Part shown: in pieces, positions 27,601 through 40,861 of the stretch
Layout: every line of letters starts with the position of its first letter
How positions within the stretch are numbered: the stretch's first letter is position 1
From: Antedon mediterranea
Lineage: Eukaryota; Animalia; Echinodermata
NCBI RefSeq assembly: GCF_964355755.1
Contig: NC_092677.1
Coordinates: 10,624,101-10,688,100 of the forward strand
DNA: 64,000 nt
Direction: 5' to 3'
Notes under the pieces: model-generated
What the model was told of the DNA's origin: nothing
Seen by the model: the letters and a program-made list of their open reading frames with translations, nothing else
Database searches by the model: none
Translations under genes and position numbers: made by a program

Positions 27601-30600
27601 GAACAGAAAATCCTTCAATGAAACGTTTGATAATTATATATAATACAATTTTTTATATACCTTAGAACGCCTCCTTTAGACAACCCTATTAAGGGGATAT
27701 TTTCCTGTGATTTGAACAGGGGCAATATATGTTTGAATACTAAAGCCAACCCCCATTCAGGGGACATATTTCGTAGTCCCAACAGTGTCCCCTAAATTGT
27801 GGTTCTATTGTAACATTAAATTGCGTTGTAAAATTTGAAAACCTTTTTTAAGCTTTGATAACCAGATTTGAATTCTGTAATAGTTTACAACCAGATTTGA
27901 ATTCTGTAATAGTTTACAACCAGAGTTGAATTCTGTAATAGTTTATAAACAGAGTTGAATTCTGTAATAGTTTACATCCAGAGTTGAATTCTGTAATAGT
28001 TTATAACCAGTGTTTAATTCTGTAATAGTTTATAAACATAGTTGAATTCTGTAATAGTTTATAACCAGAGTTGAATTCTGTAATAGTTTATAACCAGTGT
28101 TTAATTCTGTAATAGTTTATAACCAGAGTTGAATTCTGTAATAGTTTATAACCAGTGTTTAATTCTGTAATAGTTTATAACCAAAGTTGAATTCTGTAAT
28201 AGTTTATAACCAGTGTTTAATTCTGTAATAGTTTATAACCAAAGTTGAATTCTGTAATAGTTTATAACCAGTGTTTAATTCTGTAATAGTTTATAAACAA
28301 AGTTGAATTCTGTAATAGTTTATAACCAGTGTTTAATTCTGTAATAGTTTATAAACAGAGTTGAATTCTGTAATAGTTTATAACCAGTGTTTAATTCTGT
28401 AATAGTTTATAACCAGTGTTGAATTCTGTAATAGTTTATAACCAAAGTTGAATTCTGTAATAGTTTATAACCAGTGTTTAATTCTGTAATAGTTTATAAA
28501 CAAAGTTGAATTCTGTAATAGTTTATAACCAGTGTTTAATTCTGTAATAGTTTATAAACAGAGTTGAATTCTGTAATAGTTTATAACCAGTGTTTAATTC
28601 TGTAATAGTTTATAACCAGTGTTGAATTCTGTAATAGTTTATAACCAGTGTTTAATTCTGTAATAGTTTATAACCAAAGTTGAATTCTGTAATAGTTTAT
28701 AACCAAAGTTGAATTCTGTAATAGTTTATAACCAAAGTTGAATTCTGTAATAGTTTATAACCAAAGTTGAATTCTGTAATAGTTTATAACCAGTGTTGAA
28801 TTCTGTAATAGTTTATAACCAGTGTTTAATTCTGTAATAGTTTATAACCAGTGTTGAATTCTGTAATAGTTTATAACCAAAGTTGAATTCTGTAATAGTT
28901 TATAACCAGTGTTTAATTCTGTAATAGTTTATAAACAAAGTTGAATTCTGTAATAGTTTATAACCAGTGTTTAATTCTGTAATAGTTTATAAACAGAGTT
29001 GAATTCTGTAATAGTTTATAACCAGTGTTTAATTCTGTAATAGTTTATAACCAGTGTTGAATTCTGTAATAGTTTATAACCAGTGTTTAATTCTGTAATA
29101 GTTTATAACCAAAGTTGAATTCTGTAATAGTTTATAACCAAAGTTGAATTCTGTAATAGTTTATAACCAAAGTTGAATTCTGTAATAGTTTATAACCAGT
29201 GTTGAATTCTGTAATAGTTTATAACCAGTGTTTAATTCTGTAATAGTTTATAACCAGTGTTGAATTCTGTAATAGTTTATAACCAAAGTTGAATTCTGTA
29301 ATAGTTTATAACCAGTGTTTAATTCTGTAATAGTTTATAAACAAAGTTGAATTCTGTAATAGTTTATAACCAGTGTTTAATTCTGTAATAGTTTATAAAC
29401 AGAGTTGAATTCTGTAATAGTTTATAACCAGTGTTTAATTCTGTAATAGTTTATAACCAGTGTTGAATTCTGTAATAGTTTATAACCAGTGTTTAATTCT
29501 GTAATAGTTTATAACCAGTGTTGAATTCTGTAATAGTTTATAACCAGTGTTTAATTCTGTAATAGTTTATAACCAGTGTTTAATTCTGTAATAGTTTATA
29601 ACCAAAGTTGAATTCTGTAATAGTTTATAACCAAAGTTGAATTCTGTAATAGTTTATAACCAAAGTTGAATTCTGTAATAGTTTATAACCAAAGTTGAAT
29701 TCTGTAATAGTTTATAACCAGTGTTGAATTCTGTAATAGTTTATAACCAGTGTTTAATTCTGTAATAGTTTATAACCAGTGTTGAATTCTGTAATAGTTT
29801 ATAACCAAAGTTGAATTCTGTAATAGTTTATAACCAGTGTTTAATTCTGTAATAGTTTATAAACAAAGTTGAATTCTGTAATAGTTTATAACCAGTGTTT
29901 AATTCTGTAATAGTTTATAAACAGAGTTGAATTCTGTAATAGTTTATAACCAGTGTTTAATTCTGTAATAGTTTATAACCAGTGTTGAATTCTGTAATAG
30001 TTTATAACCAGTGTTTAATTCTGTAATAGTTTATAACCAGTGTTTAATTCTGTAATAGTTTATAACCAGTGTTGAATTCTGTAATAGTTTATAACCAAAG
30101 TTGAATTCTGTAATAGTTTATAACCAGTGTTTAATTCTGTAATAGTTTATAACCAGTGTTTAATTCTGTAATAGTTTATAACCAGTGTTGAATTCTGTAA
30201 TAGTTTATAACCAAAGTTGAATTCTGTAATAGTTTATAACCAGTGTTTAATTCTGTAATAGTTTATAAACAAAGTTGAATTCTGTAATAGTTTATAACCA
30301 GTGTTTAATTCTGTAATAGTTTATAAACAGAGTTGAATTCTGTAATAGTTTATAACCAGTGTTTAATTCTGTAATAGTTTATAACCAGTGTTGAATTCTG
30401 TAATAGTTTATAACCAGTGTTTAATTCTGTAATAGTTTATAACCAGTGTTTAATTCTGTAATAGTTTATAACCAAAGTTGAATTCTGTAATAGTTTATAA
30501 CCAAAGTTGAATTCTGTAATAGTTTATAACCAGTGTTGAATTCTGTAATAGTTTATAACCAGTGTTTAATTCTGTAATAGTTTATAACCAGTGTTTAATT

Positions 30601-33600
30601 CTGTAATAGTTTATAACCAAAGTTGAATTCTGTAACTACCATTACAATTGTGTTTACAGTTCTTATTTATTTGTAAGTTAATATGTATGTAAGTTAATAT
30701 GTATGTAAGTTAATATGTATGTAAGTTAATATGTATGTAAGTTAATATGTATGTAAGTTAATATGTATGTAAGTTAATATGTATGTAAGTTAATATGTAT
30801 GTAAGTTAATATGTATGTAAGTTAATATGTATGTAAGTTAATATGTATGTAAGTTAATATGTATGTAAGTTAATATGTATGTAAGTTAATATGTATGTAA
30901 GTTAATATGTATGTAAGTTAATATGTATGTAAGTTAATATGTATGTAAGTTAATATGTATGTAAGTTAATATGTATGTAAGTTAATATGTATGTAAGTTA
31001 ATATGTATGTAAGTTAATATGTATGTAAGTTAATATGTATGTAAGTTAATATGTATGTAAGTTAATATGTATGTAAGTTAATATGTATGTAAGTTAATAT
31101 GTATGTAAGTTAATATGTATGTAAGTTAATATGTATGTAAGTTAATATGTATGTAAGTTAATATGTATGTAAGTTAATATGTATGTAAGTTAATATGTAT
31201 GTAAGTTAATATGTATGTAAGTAAATATGTATGTAAGTTAATATGTATGTAAGTTAATATGTATGTAAGTTAATATGTATGTAAGTTAATATGTATGTAA
31301 GTTAATATGTATGTAAGTTAATATGTATGTAAGTTAATATGTATGTAAGTTAATATGTATGTAAGTTAATATGTATGTAAGTTAATATGTATGTAAGTTA
31401 ATATGTATGTAAGTTAATATGTATGTAAGTTAATATGTATGTAAGTTAATATGTATGTAAGTAAATATGTATGTAAGTTAATATGTATGTAAGTAAATAT
31501 GTATGTAAGTTAATATGTATGTAAGTTAATATGTATGTAAGTAAATATGTATGTAAGTTAATATGTATGTAAGTTAATATGTATGTAAGTTAATATGTAT
31601 GTAAGTTAATATGTATGTAAGTTAATATGTATGTAAGTTAATATGTATGTAAGTTAATATGTATGTAAGTTAATATGTATGTAAGTTAATATGTATGTAA
31701 GTTAATATGTATGTAAGTTAATATGTATGTAAGTTAATATGTATGTAAGTTAATATGTATGTAAGTTAATATGTATGTAAGTTAATATGTATGTAAGTTA
31801 ATATGTATGTAAGTTAATATGTATGTAAGTTAATATGTATGTAAGTTAATATGTATGTAAGTTAATATGTATGTAAGTTAATATGTATGTAAGTTAATAT
31901 GTATGTAAGTTAATATGTATGTAAGTTAATATGTATGTAAGTTAATATGTATGTAAGTTAATATGTATGTAAGTTAATATGTATGTAAGTTAATATGTAT
32001 GTAAGTAAATATGTATGTAAGTTAATATGTATGTAAGTAAATATGTATGTAAGTTAATATGTATGTAAGTTAATATGTATGTAAGTTAATATGTATGTAA
32101 GTAAATATGTATGTAAGTTAATATGTATGTAAGTTAATATGTATGTAAGTTAATATGTATGTAAGTAAATATGTATGTAAGTTAATATGTATGTAAGTAA
32201 ATATGTATGTAAGTTAATATGTATGTAAGTAAATATGTATGTAAGTTAATATCTATGTAAGTTAATATGTATGTAAGTAAATATGTATGTAAGTTAATAT
32301 GTATGTAAGTAAATATGTATGTAAGTTAATATGTATGTAAGTTAATATGTATGTAAGTTAATATGTATGTAAGTTAATATGTATGTAAGTTAATATGTAT
32401 GTAAGTTATATTTTCTGCTATTACTAACCTTAAATGTTGGCATTCTTACACCTACAGGTGTCACAGCTAAACAAATCTCACATTTACTGACAGTCAGTTC
32501 AAGTTCTATAAGAATACAATAAAATCATTAAAGTTTACTTGTTTTATTAAAAGTCATAATGAATTATTTCTTAACCTATATTGCTATAATAAGTATGATA
32601 GAATAAGACAGGTTAAATCCAAAATAGAGAGACAGAACACATTAAGAAATTTATTTTATCTGAATTTTATCTATCGTCGTTGATCGTTAACAGTTCAACG
32701 ACGATCGTTTGAAAACGATCAAGTTGAAATGATGACAATAGCGAGTACCTTTTCCTGTAAATCGTTATCATTTCAATGTTTACGTAGAAGATCGCTGATT
32801 ATTGTTAGTAATAGCGTCGACTAACGTCGACAGGAAAACAGGCTTAAATCTCTTCTTGTTCAAATAGATTTTTATTCTTATAGTTCTGTGAGAAAGTTCA
32901 GGGCCCTTTATAAATGCTTAGTATTATTATTGATCACTTTATTTTAGAATAAAAATTCCATATATAGACAATTTTTTACTATTAATAGCACTCCCCTGTT
33001 ACACAAACCTCAGATCTGCCTCTAATTTTCAGAACTTACTTATGGCATTACACCTTGTGGAAGATGACAGAAAGTCCCTGCCTTGAATGTAGATGTCCCT
33101 ACATTTATTCCATAATGGTGCTATCTTTGCTCGTAGAGTGTATGCTAAACACGCTTGTAACACTGCATTTGTTACTGGAACTGGATTACTATGCTATAAA
33201 AACAATAATAATAATAATAATAGTCGATCTTATATGATGCTTGCTGCACAAAGCCTCTAAGCGCTTCACATTATTACCCCAGGCATTTTTTCTGAAAACA
33301 TACTCTCATAATGTTGCAGCCAGTAATAAGTGAATTTGTGTTGTGTTTGTACACCTGGGTGAAGAGAGGCATAATAACATTCTTTTTGTAGTGGCTTGAA
33401 TATTTCAAAGGCTGGTGTAAACTGCTCTGATCGTAAGAAAACGCCAACATTTATAATAGTGTACAGAATTACTTTAGTCCCACGATACTTACTTTCAGTC
33501 CCATTTTCTTAAAGCGTTCTTGTAATTTTCCAGTGTTCCAAAAGCCTTGATGCATTACGACAAATATGAAACCATCCTCCATTAAACATGGTGAGGCAAT

Positions 33601-34095
33601 CACTAAAGGCTCAGTAAAAATTAGCTCTCTGTAGTAAATATAAAATACTTTAATTACCCTGCTTTTTGAGCATTTATTGGTATAACCCACTCTAATTTTT
33701 TTGTAATATGGTGAATTTTATTTCATGGACAAAAGTTGTATAGAATGAACTGCTATTTGATACATGACTCGACTATAGAAAACTAAAAATTACAAACAAA
33801 ATTATAGTATAGTACTGTAGTAGGCCTAGGCCTTGACTTACAGAAATAGAGGTTAGCATGTTATATTTGATATTAATTTTACAATGATGTTTGTTGTTAG
33901 TATGTTTTACCATGGTTTTACATTTCTCATGTTATCTACACTATACCTGCATTTCATAATCTGTGGTCTCATTTTCTGAAAGGCTTCTGGTGAGTTTTGT
34001 TGATTTTCTATTTTTGCTTCAACTGACAAAAGCTTTTCTGCATTGCCAAGGTTTGCAAAAAACAGACATTGGGCTCTACTTGTTTGTGAATACAT
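24602..34095 (-). CDS. C18orf63: C18orf63-like (DUF4708) protein, 11 coding exons
   Basis: Exons 33947-34095, 33493-33628, 33040-33193, 32429-32505, 27418-27527, 26775-26871, 26602-26684, 26010-26193, 25119-25925, 24850-24942, 24602-24730 join in frame. MKCRELIF, LQACLAYTLRAKIAPLWN, QGRDFLS, WCHVLPSMKKG, YGYRLP and FTYPHWCVR..PRVNYEVVLKTF match recalled C18orf63. Low-complexity middle and short basic helical C-terminus. Confidence 0.88.
26194..26601 (-). other. U12-type GT-AG intron in the C18orf63-like gene
   Basis: Minus-strand donor GTATCCTTTT (plus aaaaggatac, 26592-26601); branch-like TTCTTAGC about 9 nt from the acceptor; no polypyrimidine tract; frame LFT|YPHW restored. Confidence 0.85.
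27858..30635. repeat. 29-bp satellite, ~95 copies
   Basis: Unit accagtgtttaattctgtaatagtttata with a few recurring variants (ccaaagttga, acaaagttga, acagagttga, ccagtgttga). Confidence 0.97.
30673..32408. repeat. 16-bp minisatellite, ~108 copies
   Basis: Unit gtaagttaatatgtat, nearly invariant; occasional gtaagtaaat variant. Confidence 0.97.
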
Positions 34096-35428
34096 TTTTG
34101 TTGTTGACGTTAAACTGTTGACATCAAACACATTCCATTTCCTAATAGTAATACTAAAAATGACAAAACATAATAGATTTAGGCCTAGCCTCTAGGCCTG
34201 CCCCCAGACAGGGCCTACGCCACAGAATCTTTTTTAGCCATCAACAAGGTCTCTTGCTGGTTGATGGGGCCTATCTATAGGCTAGTAATACTAGGCCTAG
34301 CCTAGTACTAGCCTAGTAGTAGTAGCCTAGGCCTAGCTAGGCCAAGGCTAGCCTAGCCTAGGCTAGACTGTATTATTGAAATAAAAGTATAGAAATTATA
34401 ACGCCTATTCCTACAAACTATATAGGTCTATAATATCCTTACAAGAAAGTATTAAATTAAGTTCAATATATTTAAGTTTTTAATTTATAATCTTACTTTG
34501 AAATAAAGTGATCTGAAAACAAGTGCAATCGTCCGCCCTTTAAATTTCCATGCCGCGCCGCCGGGAACCATCAGTTGTAAAAGTTTATGTATGGGCAGCA
34601 AATTGAGTCAAATAATGTTCAGTTTCAATTTAAAGAATTCTTTTTTTTGGAAATCCTTTAAATAAATGCTATTTTTTAAATTGTTGATTTTCTAAATTTT
34701 TATATCTGTTTATTAATTCTAAGTTTTAATTTATATTACTTTCACTACTATTTTTATATCAAGATGGTTCTAATTAAAAACAATTCAGAGGTAGTGATAT
34801 GCTCTGTGGTATTTAATTGCTGTGTCTTCAGTTGGAAATGAAAATATTTGAACAATAGACTACATACCGGTACATAAGATTTTATTTTTTTTCTTATACA
34901 GTACATAAATTCACTATGTATCTTAAAATTAATATTTAACCATGATATTTAAAACAAATCATCATTACTAATCCTTGGTATAATGATGATGATCATTCCT
35001 GATGATGATCAAATAAAGATTGAAAAGTTGAATCATGGATTGCCTCTCATTATTTTGAGTCACTTTTATACTATGGTATGTATGATGACTAATAAAAAAT
35101 ATTATTTCAGCAGTATTAAATTAAATTTACTGGAACATTATTATTACTACTTATGCTTCACAGAATTTTGCAACAACTAGAAGAAAAACATGAGATGTCA
35201 CAATCCTGACCAGTGCTGAATTACCATATTTGCATATTCCTTTAATTCTAGACGTTGCAAATTCAAATTGATTGTAGTATACATCCTTTAATGCGAGCCC
35301 ATCAGGAATACAAAAACTATAATACTTTCTAATATAAAGCTTTATATAACCCACAATGTTCATTTGGTCTTCTGTATCTGTAACCAAGTGATAGTTCAAC
35401 TTTGACCTCTGATCTGTGACCTGTTGCC

Positions 35429-38366
35429 TTATGTCATGCTATAAAGTAAGAAGAAAAGAACATCATCAATCAGGTAATAATTAGAAAATTTGCTCAATAG
35501 CTCAAAATTCTTAATCTCAAAAATGCATTCTGCAACCAAACTTCTCTGATACATCTGACGTTTTGAGACTGCCAAACGGGATTCAGCTTTAGGCCTGTCA
35601 AACGAGATTCAGTTTTAGGCCTGGAAAAGGCACTTCAGTTTTTGGGCTGCGTATGGGGTTCAGAGACTGTAAATGGGGTTTCAGTTTTTAATTATAAGTA
35701 AAAAGCAATAGCATTTTTTTTCTCTAAAGCTTTGTCTTCACTATCAAACTTTATGTGACAAAAAAATGACATCATATCACTCCCATATTTGGGCACATCA
35801 CATTTGTCAAACTAGTTTGATAGTGTAGACAAAGCTTTAGATTTCAAGAGTTGGACCCAAAAATTTTTAATGCATATGAAGACTACAACCACAATTAGTA
35901 ACTTGGTTCTTACCTGTCAATAAGAGATTCTCTCATTGGTGCAGCAATTCCCGATGCCTTAGAATCACCTAATTTAAATATGCCCTCAACCACCGACAGT
36001 TCTATACTTGTGGTATCTAGACCACAGAATGCACACCAATCGTTCACCACCATACCGGCACCGATGACATCACAACCACGGTTCACAGTACCAGCCTAGG
36101 GAAAGTAACAAGTAAATTCTATCATTGCAATCAGCTTGGCTAAAATTACTTTGCATAAAATTATAAAGCTCTGTCTACTCTATCCAATTTTATGACAACA
36201 AAATGTGATGTTCCCATATATGGACACGATGATTTCATATCACTATTACCATTACTTTTTTTGTCACTAGTTTGATAGGGTAGGCAGAGCTTAAGAGAAT
36301 TCTATTTATGGTGACAAACCTTTAACGAGAAAGACAATTTGAATTGTCTATTTTTTCGCTGATACTGTACATGTATATTCACTAAAAATACAACTCATTC
36401 TACGAAATATAACAATGAATAATACTACATTGTTTTGAAATTTACAGCAGGAACTGAAATTTATTTATTATTTACTACTTCTCAAAGGTTTGAATCATAC
36501 CAAAAAAAATATCAATGAAACAAATATCTTACCGCTAAAGGCACTTGCAAAAGGGATGACAGTTCATTTTGATCTTCAATTTTTGTTTTCGGGTGAACCT
36601 ATAAATAAATAACAGTATGTCAGCAACTGATAATAACATTATAGTAATAATTATAACCATTTATTCAAAAATATTGTGGTTGCAGCACCTGAATTACAAC
36701 AATATTTACAATAATATAAAAATACAGATAAGAAATATCAAAAATTATTATTAAAATATACAAATAGAAAATGGCAAAAACCAAATGTGGAGACAAAGTA
36801 ACACAAAAATTGTGCAAGATGAAAACAGGAATCATTTATCAGTAAGAAGTTTGGCGAATGGAATAGCACTATTGACATATCGTTTGGTTTGAACTCAGGA
36901 GATAAGGAATTCATTGGATTTTCTAAAGCTCTGTCTACACTATCAAATTCTATGTGATGTGCCCATATATGGACTTGATGATGTCATATCAATACCATAT
37001 TTGGACACATCACATTTGTTTTGTCAAACTAGTTCGATAGTGTAGAGAGAGCTTTAGAACCATACTGTGAGTATGATAAGTAATAGGGAACAAATCCATG
37101 TATGTATTGGATGGAACTGACGCATCGCTGTGCAAATTCTTTACATAATCTTATGATGAATCTATTTTCCATCACTTACTAGTGCACCTTGGTTGCTGAG
37201 TGCACAATAACTTCCTACAAGGACATTATCAGCAACTGTTTGTCTAAACACGTCAACTTTTAAAACATCTGCTATAATTTCTTCTGTTTCCTGCAAAAAG
37301 AAATGCATAAAATGTTTTAAACACTTTTTTGACTATAATAAATAACCAAGGTAAATAAATTAATAATAATTTGATGATGCAAAAAGTATCCAGCAAAAAT
37401 AAAAGCAGTTGCACAGAATAGAAATGAATGGATAAATCTTGTGATGTGTATTTCCAAGGCAGCCCAAATGAAGAAGTACTTGGACCTCTCCGCGACGAGG
37501 CTGTAAAGTAAGTAGTAGTAAGTAAAAAGGACAATATATCAAGCCACCTTTCATCAATTTACCTTGTCAATATCAGTGTGCGCTAATGCTACGTAATCGT
37601 TACATGCGATAACATTTCCGAGAGCTGAAAGTCTCTCTTCTACTCGCTGAATTTTAACGGAATCTGGTAGTGAGTTACGAATATGTTGAAGTTCTTGATC
37701 AGTTGTATTACTTGGAACTAGAAGACCATGCCGGTTACCTAAAAAGAATTATTTATTGTAATTTATTATGCAAGTTTTGTTTAAAGTCTTCTTTTTTTTC
37801 ACTTACACTATATTATCATATCTAGTAAAAAACATAATGAAAATTTGTGAAAAATAAAATGAGATAATAATAACTAACCAACTGTTAGGCGTCCAACTAT
37901 TCTACAGTCAGCAATTGAACAACGTACAACTGGGATAACATCAGACAATTCACCCTCAAATACACTAAATTAAATATTGAAAAAAACGTCATAACCAAAT
38001 TTTACACAATTTTAAAAATTATGGTTTTTTTTTAACATTTATTAATTATCAAATTATTTTAACTTTACCTAAATTATTATTTATTCGTTAACAAATGATA
38101 AAAAAAACCAAACAGACTTATAAAAGGTTTTAGAGCTAGGCCTAGCTAGGCTCACTTTACGTCCAGTGGGCCATTGGGTGAAGCAGGCGGCCAACCACCT
38201 GAGTACGGACAGACGCGAGAGAGAAGAAGAAGGGCTTTCTATTAATTAGCCAAGCCTACCTGTAGAAATTTTCGGATCCTCCGATTGCTACTAAAGCATA
38301 CGAATTTGTAAGTTTTGAAAATACACCAATTTCATTATTGTTTTCAAAAGACGCACGAAGAGCCAT
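35429..38366 (-). CDS. EIF6: Eukaryotic translation initiation factor 6, 7 exons, 245 aa
   Basis: Exons 38260-38366, 37879-37964, 37563-37738, 37180-37290, 36533-36598, 35914-36095, 35429-35438 total 738 nt. [23 protein letters not shown]...[26 protein letters not shown]...[19 protein letters not shown]...AGTVNRG...DSMT*. Confidence 0.97.
36780..37140 (-). mobile_element. Decayed LINE ORF2 3'-end fragment interrupted by a family-A MITE
   Basis: Minus-strand translation [25 protein letters not shown] resembles non-LTR ORF2 C-termini; contains a stop codon. Confidence 0.45.
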
Positions 38367-38666
38367 CTTGACAAAACTAACAATAATACTTGAATAAAAG
38401 TGTAATTTTCTGTCACTTCCTTAGACCAGAACACAACACGTTGTTTCGGTCTGCTTGTGCAATTTTTATTTTATGACGTAATCTTGCTTCATAACATTTG
38501 TCTAAAGACAATTAAAATTAAATAAATGATGCAGTAATGATTTAAAATATATTTAGCTACAAGAATAATTTTGGTAATAATATAAACAATTGAAAATATT
38601 ATAAATACTATCTTTTTTACCAAATAATATATTGTAAATGAATAGGTCAACTTTTATTAGGTCACA

Positions 38667-38680
38667 GTTAGTATGGCAAC
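38667..38680 (+). promoter_or_regulatory. RFX X-box-like motif in the EIF6/CFAP418 bidirectional promoter
   Basis: GTTAGTATGGCAAC ~100 bp upstream of the CFAP418 ATG; resembles the X-box (GTYNCY-AT-RGNAAC) typical of ciliary genes. Confidence 0.55.
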
Positions 38681-38777
38681 GTTTTGTCGCCAATAAACAA
38701 CTGAACAGAGAATAAGCATTCTACATTATTAATTCTGTGTTAATTCCTTATTAATTAAAGATATATTATTATAGATC

Positions 38778-40861
38778 ATGGCAGATGATCTTGATGACTT
38801 ATTAGATGAAGTAGAAGGCAAGTTCTGCAAGAAACCGTCATCTAAAGCCCCTGTAAAGTATACTCAAAGGTAGGCTAGCTCTAGTAGTAGACTGTAGTAC
38901 TAGGCCTAGTTAGTAGGCCATGACATGAATGAAACACCAGTGAAATGACTGCCAGGTCACTCCCTATCCCTTCCTACTCGGGAATCCTAGTTGATTCTGC
39001 AGCTTGTGGAAAAGTGGTACAAAAGCCATTATTTCTACCTAGGTCTTGAGACACATAGTATCAATCATGATCGAGCCAAGCTTGATATAAATAAATAATT
39101 GAAGACAGGAGAGGTTCAATAATTTGTTTTTTAAGTAGTAATATAAATACTGATGTAATTTTTTATTTTACAGGTCAAAAAATAAAACTGATCTTGATGA
39201 AGATATAAGTGCAATTATTGATGATGTTGATGAAGAAGAACCATCAAATTCCACAATTGTAAAGCTTTTTTAATTAAGAATAGTGTAGTAATACTCTAAT
39301 AATAATTTAAATATTCATGATTTACATTTGCAACACAACACAGCAAGTTACATGTCGTATAAATAATAGATATTTCCATTTACATTATCAACCACATTTT
39401 ACATTCAAGTTATAACATGCTGCGACATTACTGTAGCGATATTACAGTAATTTTATAATTTTTTCTATTTTCTGAGGAATCATCCTTATTTTTTTCATTT
39501 CCATTATTATTTACACGTGTATTAAACTTATGTTTTCTCTCGACTTTTTTTCTTGTAGGCAAATTTCCCAACAACAACAAATGGCAATGAAAATAAAAGT
39601 AGTAAATGTTCGTCATCATTTCGCAAGTGCTTCCCTGTTTACCTTGGTGGCAGTTCTAGTAAAATGGGCGCTAGTTCTTCAATAACACAAAAGTTAGTTG
39701 TATTTTCTATTTTGTAAAACCAAAAAAATAAAAACCTGACCTAGCTTGGTCATTGGTCATCTTAACAAATTGAAAGCTTCCTATTATTTATATTATAAAA
39801 TAAATTTATAACACTTTTTTTATAGGTCATGTGACCAGCTTCGTTGCACATCATGTGATTTCAAAGTTGTATTTTTCGATGATTATGTCTGGCACAGTAC
39901 CTGTGATTACTTGTTCCTTAGAAATAATGTTCCAGATTTTCAAAAATTGAAATCAAAACTAAAAAAAGAAAAAGGTAGAGTATCTTAAAATCATCTCAAT
40001 CCTGTCTCCTGGCGTTTGACTGTCATGTTATTCCAGTCTGCCCTCTGGCATTTGGCTGTCATGTTATTCCAGTCTGCCCTCTAGCATTTGGCTGTCATGT
40101 TATTCCAGTCTGCCCTCCAGCATTTGGCTGTCATGTTATTCCAGCCTACCCTCTAGCATTTGGCTGTTATGTTATTCCAGTCTGCCCTCTAGCATTTGGC
40201 TGTCATGTTATTCCAGCCTACCCTCTAGCATTTGGCTGTCATGTTATTCCAGTCTGCCCTCTAGCATTTGGCTGTCATGTTATTCCAGTCTGCCCTCTAG
40301 CATTTGGCTGTCATGTTATTCCAGTCTGCCCTCTAGCATTTGGCTGTCATGTTATTCCAGTCTGCCCTCTAGCATTTGACTGTTATGTTATTCCAGTCTG
40401 CCCTCTAGCATTTGGCTGTTATGTTATTCCAGTCTGCCCTCTAGCATTTGACTGTCATGTTATTCCAGTCTGCCCTCTAGCATTTGACTGTCATGTTATT
40501 CCAGTCTGCCCTCTAGCATTTGGCTGTTATGTTATTCCAGCCTACCCTCTAGCATTTGGCTAGTTAATTATTCCACTTCTAGTTGGTTATTATTTATTGA
40601 TTTAAATTCATTTTGAAAATGTGCCTAAACATTTTTAATAATATAAGTCAAACAAAATTGACCTAATTATTAGTCTTTCTGTACTTAAAAATGGTTTAAA
40701 TATTATATTCATATTTTATTAATTATAATAATGACATTATTTTTTTTATTGTAGGTACCAGAGCATATGCTTGTCAATGTAAATGGAAGTCAATCAAGCA
40801 CCAATTGGAATTGAGCATAGATCATGAATTAAATTGGGTATGTGGTAAACACACTACATAA
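38778..40861 (+). CDS. CFAP418: Cilia- and flagella-associated protein 418 (C8orf37), 5 exons, 188 aa
   Basis: Exons 38778-38869, 39174-39258, 39559-39692, 39826-39974, 40755-40861. [17 protein letters not shown]...[11 protein letters not shown]...[38 protein letters not shown]...[11 protein letters not shown]...WVCGKH. Confidence 0.94.
40002..40561. repeat. 36-bp minisatellite, ~15 copies, in CFAP418 intron 4
   Basis: Unit ctgtcatgttattccagtctgccctctagcatttgg. Confidence 0.95.

Noticed and set aside
27858-32408. Regular repeat arrays as possible CRISPR arrays
   Set aside because: Head-to-tail monomers with no unique spacers, eukaryotic intron context and no cas genes.
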